DNA of 64,000 nucleotides, taken from contig NC_086097.1 in NCBI RefSeq assembly GCF_963921235.1, positions 251,908,001-251,972,000 on the forward strand, read 5' to 3'. Position numbers and translations under genes: made by a program. Of the stretch, positions 60,622 to 64,000 are shown piece by piece; within the stretch, counting starts at the first letter, position 1; every line of letters begins with the position of its first letter. The notes under the pieces are model-generated. The model had not been told where the DNA came from and did no database searches. It saw nothing but the letters and a program-made list of their open reading frames with translations. This DNA is from Mobula hypostoma (Eukaryota).

Positions 60622-61908
60622 CAGTGGTCGCCAAGTCGATCTTTGAGACTTTCCCAGTAGTTCCCGAAAAAAATGAAAAATTTACACAAATACTGTTGTA
60701 ATGTGAGCATAATAAAAATAAGTAATACTAATTAGGATAATGGTAATATAGCAATAGTTCCGCTACTGAAAGCTGTTTGTAAAGAGACATTGTTTCCGGG
60801 TTGCGGGGTTTTAATTCTGTTCTTTCTGCCCAGTGCGCATGTGTATAGCTCCCCCACCATGTACCGCGGTAGAAAAGACTGGAAGTAAAACCCCGCAACC
60901 CGGAAACACTATCATAATTAGTATTACTTATTTATATAATGCTCACATTACAACACCTTTAATTCTGTGTTTCATTATTTAATTTTATCTCAACATGAAA
61001 AATAAATGAATAAAAATTGACTGTTGCACTCAGTGTGACGACTGGGGCTGAATACTTTCTGCTAGTTCCCTGAAATTTGGCTCATAACTACAGACAGCCA
61101 GTCTGAGACAGTCTGTGAGATGTCTGTCAGTAAGATAGCTTCTGTACTTAGACTTCATAATCTTCATCTGCTGCAACACAGCACCCTCGCAAACCTCCTG
61201 ACAGACTGAATATTTGAATGGACAGTTTCCTTTGTTAGACTGAATGTTGACTCTGCCACGTTTTTCAGGTGTTTTGTGTTGGTAAACTGTCACTGAGACA
61301 CTAGTATAAGTTTCAGAGGTACGCAAGATAATGACACCACTTTTTTTTTCCCCAGTTCTTTTACATTTGGGGAATGTTGGAATTTAAAGGGGGAGAAGTG
61401 TTGTAATGTGAGCATTATAAAGATAAGTTAATACCAATTAGGATCATGGTAATATAGCAATACTCCCGCTACGGAAAGCTGTTTGTAAACAGAGGTTGTT
61501 TCCAGGGTTGCGGGGTTTTACTTCCCATCTTTTCTGCGCATGTGTGTATAAGCCCCTCCGCCGCGTTGGTTTTGCCGTCCCAGATAAAGTTGTTCCTTTG
61601 GACATGAAGTTGTCGAGTGGTCCTTTTTCAAAGTAGAAGTTACTACAAAAGGTATGAAGTATTGTAATATTCTTAAAGACAGCTATGGCCTGTTTGATAT
61701 GCTAGTTACAATGTTTTCTTGGTTGAATTAATTTGAAAGTTTGACAAAAGCATTTTATGTAATTCAAATTCAATTAGCCCAAATGAAAGGCCTCAAGTTG
61801 GCAGTACAATCTGAGTTGTTTTTTCTCTAAACGATTTGGTGGGTCGATCTTGCCTTTCACTAAGGCTGAGATAGGGGATCTTGGACTTAAAAAGGTTGGC
61901 GACCATGA
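60622..61908 (-). mobile_element. Non-autonomous hAT (Charlie/SPIN-like) element inserted in a V-SINE
   Basis: TIR CAGTGGTCGCCAA / TTGGCGACCA; 8-bp TSD CCCTACCC (60614-60621, 61909-61916); hAT dimerisation remnant MKIMKSKYRSYLTDRHLTDCLRL (ORF 61030-61326, minus). Confidence 0.85.
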
Positions 61909-63374
61909 CCCTACCCTAATCACGGGACAATTTACAATGACTAATTAACCAACCTGGTACATCTTTGGACCATGGGAGGAAATAGGAGGACCTGGAGAAA
62001 ACCCACACATTCCACAGGGAGGACGTACAGACTTCGAACAGAACGGTGGAAGAACTGACTTCGAACTCTGAGACACACCGAGCTGTAATGACGTTGTTCT
62101 AACCTCTGGAAAGATAGATGCTTTACTGATACCAAAGGAGATTACAGTTGTCACAGTAGCATTACAAGTGCACAGATATACAAATACACAAATATTAGAA
62201 GACGAGTAAGAAGAATAAAAATAAGTTACCTCAAACAATTTAACAGGAGGGGGTCATCACTTTTCTGGCTATAGATTGACTCATTATAAAGCCTAATGGC
62301 CGAGGGTAAGAATGACCCCATATAGTGCTCTTTGGAGCAGCACAGTTGTCTCAGAATCAGAATCAGGTTTACTATCACCGGCATGTGACGTGAAATTTGT
62401 TAACTTAGCAGCAGCAGTTCGATGCAATACATTATATAGAAGAAAAAAAACAAAATTTTAAAAAGTGCATCAATTAAAGTATACATATATTAAATATATT
62501 AAAAATTGTGTAAAATACAGAAATATATATTTAAAAAGTGAGGTAGTGTGCAAGGGTTCAGTGTCCATTTAGGAATCGGATGGCAAGGGGGAAAAAGCTG
62601 TTCCTGAGTTACTGAGTGTGTGCCTTCAGGCTTCTGTACCTCCTACCCGATGGTAACAGCGAGAAAAGGGCATGTCCTGGGTGCTGGAGGTCCTTAATAA
62701 TGGATGCTGCCTTTCTGAGACACCGCTTCTTGAAGATGTCCTGGGTACTTTGGCTTGTAGCCAAGATAGAGCCGAGTAAATTTACTTAGTCTAAAGTGCT
62801 TAGCCAAAAGTGTTACTCTATTCAGCCAAGGTTCCACACAGAGAGTGAAAAACATTGTCCAGAATTACCATTTTTCCGGAGGGTCCTTTGTTCTACCACA
62901 GCTAAGGTCCTAATATTCAGGATAAGGTTGCAGGGTGACAAAACGTGGCAGGAGCACTTGGAACTATAAACTAATCCCTACCGGGAGAAAACAGCACCAG
63001 TTCTTTCCGCACTGTTCTCCAGCAGTTTAAGGACTAAGTCGAGCCGGAACATAACTCACAAGTGCTTTTGAAAGTCAGGTATTAACCCTACCTACCAACA
63101 ACCAAGCGTTGTCATCCTGGTGCCCTTCATGATAGCTAATGAAGAAGCATGTGACTTCCCTTTATACAATTTGTACAGATGACATGACTTAGTGTTGTAT
63201 CTAAAGTCTACGGTATACAAGGTAAGCAGGAAGGGAGCCGGTACAACCATGGCCTGTGGTTGGCCCAGATCCCACTCAACCTTTCTTATCCATGTATCTG
63301 TCCAAATATCTTTTAAAATTTCATAATTGTACATGACCTTCTGGGTGAACAAGTTGCCCCTCAGGTCTCTATAA

Positions 63375-63725
63375 ACAAATTGAGGAGTATAAACAGGATA
63401 CACTCTTGCAGGCTTTTTCCACTGAGGTTGGGTGAAACTAGAACTAGAGGCCATAGGTTAAGGGTGAAAGGTGAAATGTTCAAGGGGCACCTGAGAGAGA
63501 ACTTCTTCACTCAGAGGATGGCGAGAGTGTGGCATGAACTGCCAGAGGAAGTGGTGGATACGGGCTTGATTTCAGTGTTTGAGAGAAGTTTGAATAGGTA
63601 CGTGGATGGGAGTGGTATGGAGGGTTATGGCCCAACTGCAGGTCAGTGGGACTGGGCAGAATAATGTTTTGGCATTGACTAGATGGGCCAAAGGGCCTGA
63701 TTCTGTGCTGTGGTGTTCTATGACT
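63375..63725 (+). mobile_element. CR1 3' fragment
   Basis: TRTRGHRLRVKGEMFKGHLRENFFTQR...GQWD. Confidence 0.85.
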
Positions 63726-64000
63726 GTATTCTCAGCTTAAAACCATGCTTTTACTTCTTCATTCCCCAAATCTGGGAAAAAGACTGTATACATTCAGTCT
63801 ATTTAAAGTTACTAAATCACTTTTTAAATGTTATTTAATATTATAATACATTTCCCAGTGATCTGAGTAAGTTTAGAGGGAGCACAGGAAATAGGGTCCA
63901 GGTCAGCTGAGTGAGAGTGTGGGATCAGAGGCCTGGAGAATGCAAAGGTGGTGCAGGAACGAGGGCCCCTGTGAGCCGGAAAGAAGCAGGGCTGGTGCCA

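Noticed and set aside
53606..64000. Second coding exon of INTS8
   Set aside because: I could not find the expected next INTS8 peptide (DPAPVQLIVQFLEQ-like) in this interval; it probably lies beyond the window.

Overview
Vertebrate, repeat-dense genomic DNA. The CR1/HER1-type LINEs, V-SINEs, Rex1/Babar, Penelope, Tc1 and hAT elements suggest a cartilaginous fish, probably a ray (inference). Two host genes lie on the + strand. (1) The last 7 coding exons (75-24819) of a type-III, DN-cadherin/cHz-cadherin-like classical cadherin (EGF-LamG-EGF-EGF-TM-cytoplasmic tail); all splice phases join in frame. (2) The 5' end of INTS8, with a CpG-island promoter near 44.4-45.0 kb and the first coding exon at 53476-53605. 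Most other ORFs are transposon-derived, often nested several layers deep. They include a degenerate retrovirus-like element with an LTR and tRNA-Leu PBS, a Gypsy relic, a CR1 with an uninterrupted ORF2, a Neptune-like Penelope with a hammerhead ribozyme motif, and Chapaev, Tc1 and hAT elements. The most unusual signal is three minisatellite arrays between the genes (35.2-35.9, 40.7-41.1 and 42.5-43.4 kb). Their units resemble extended CTCF sites (upstream TGCA module, 6-bp spacer, core) in one orientation, making a candidate tandem-amplified insulator or loop anchor. TE boundaries are by eye and approximate.
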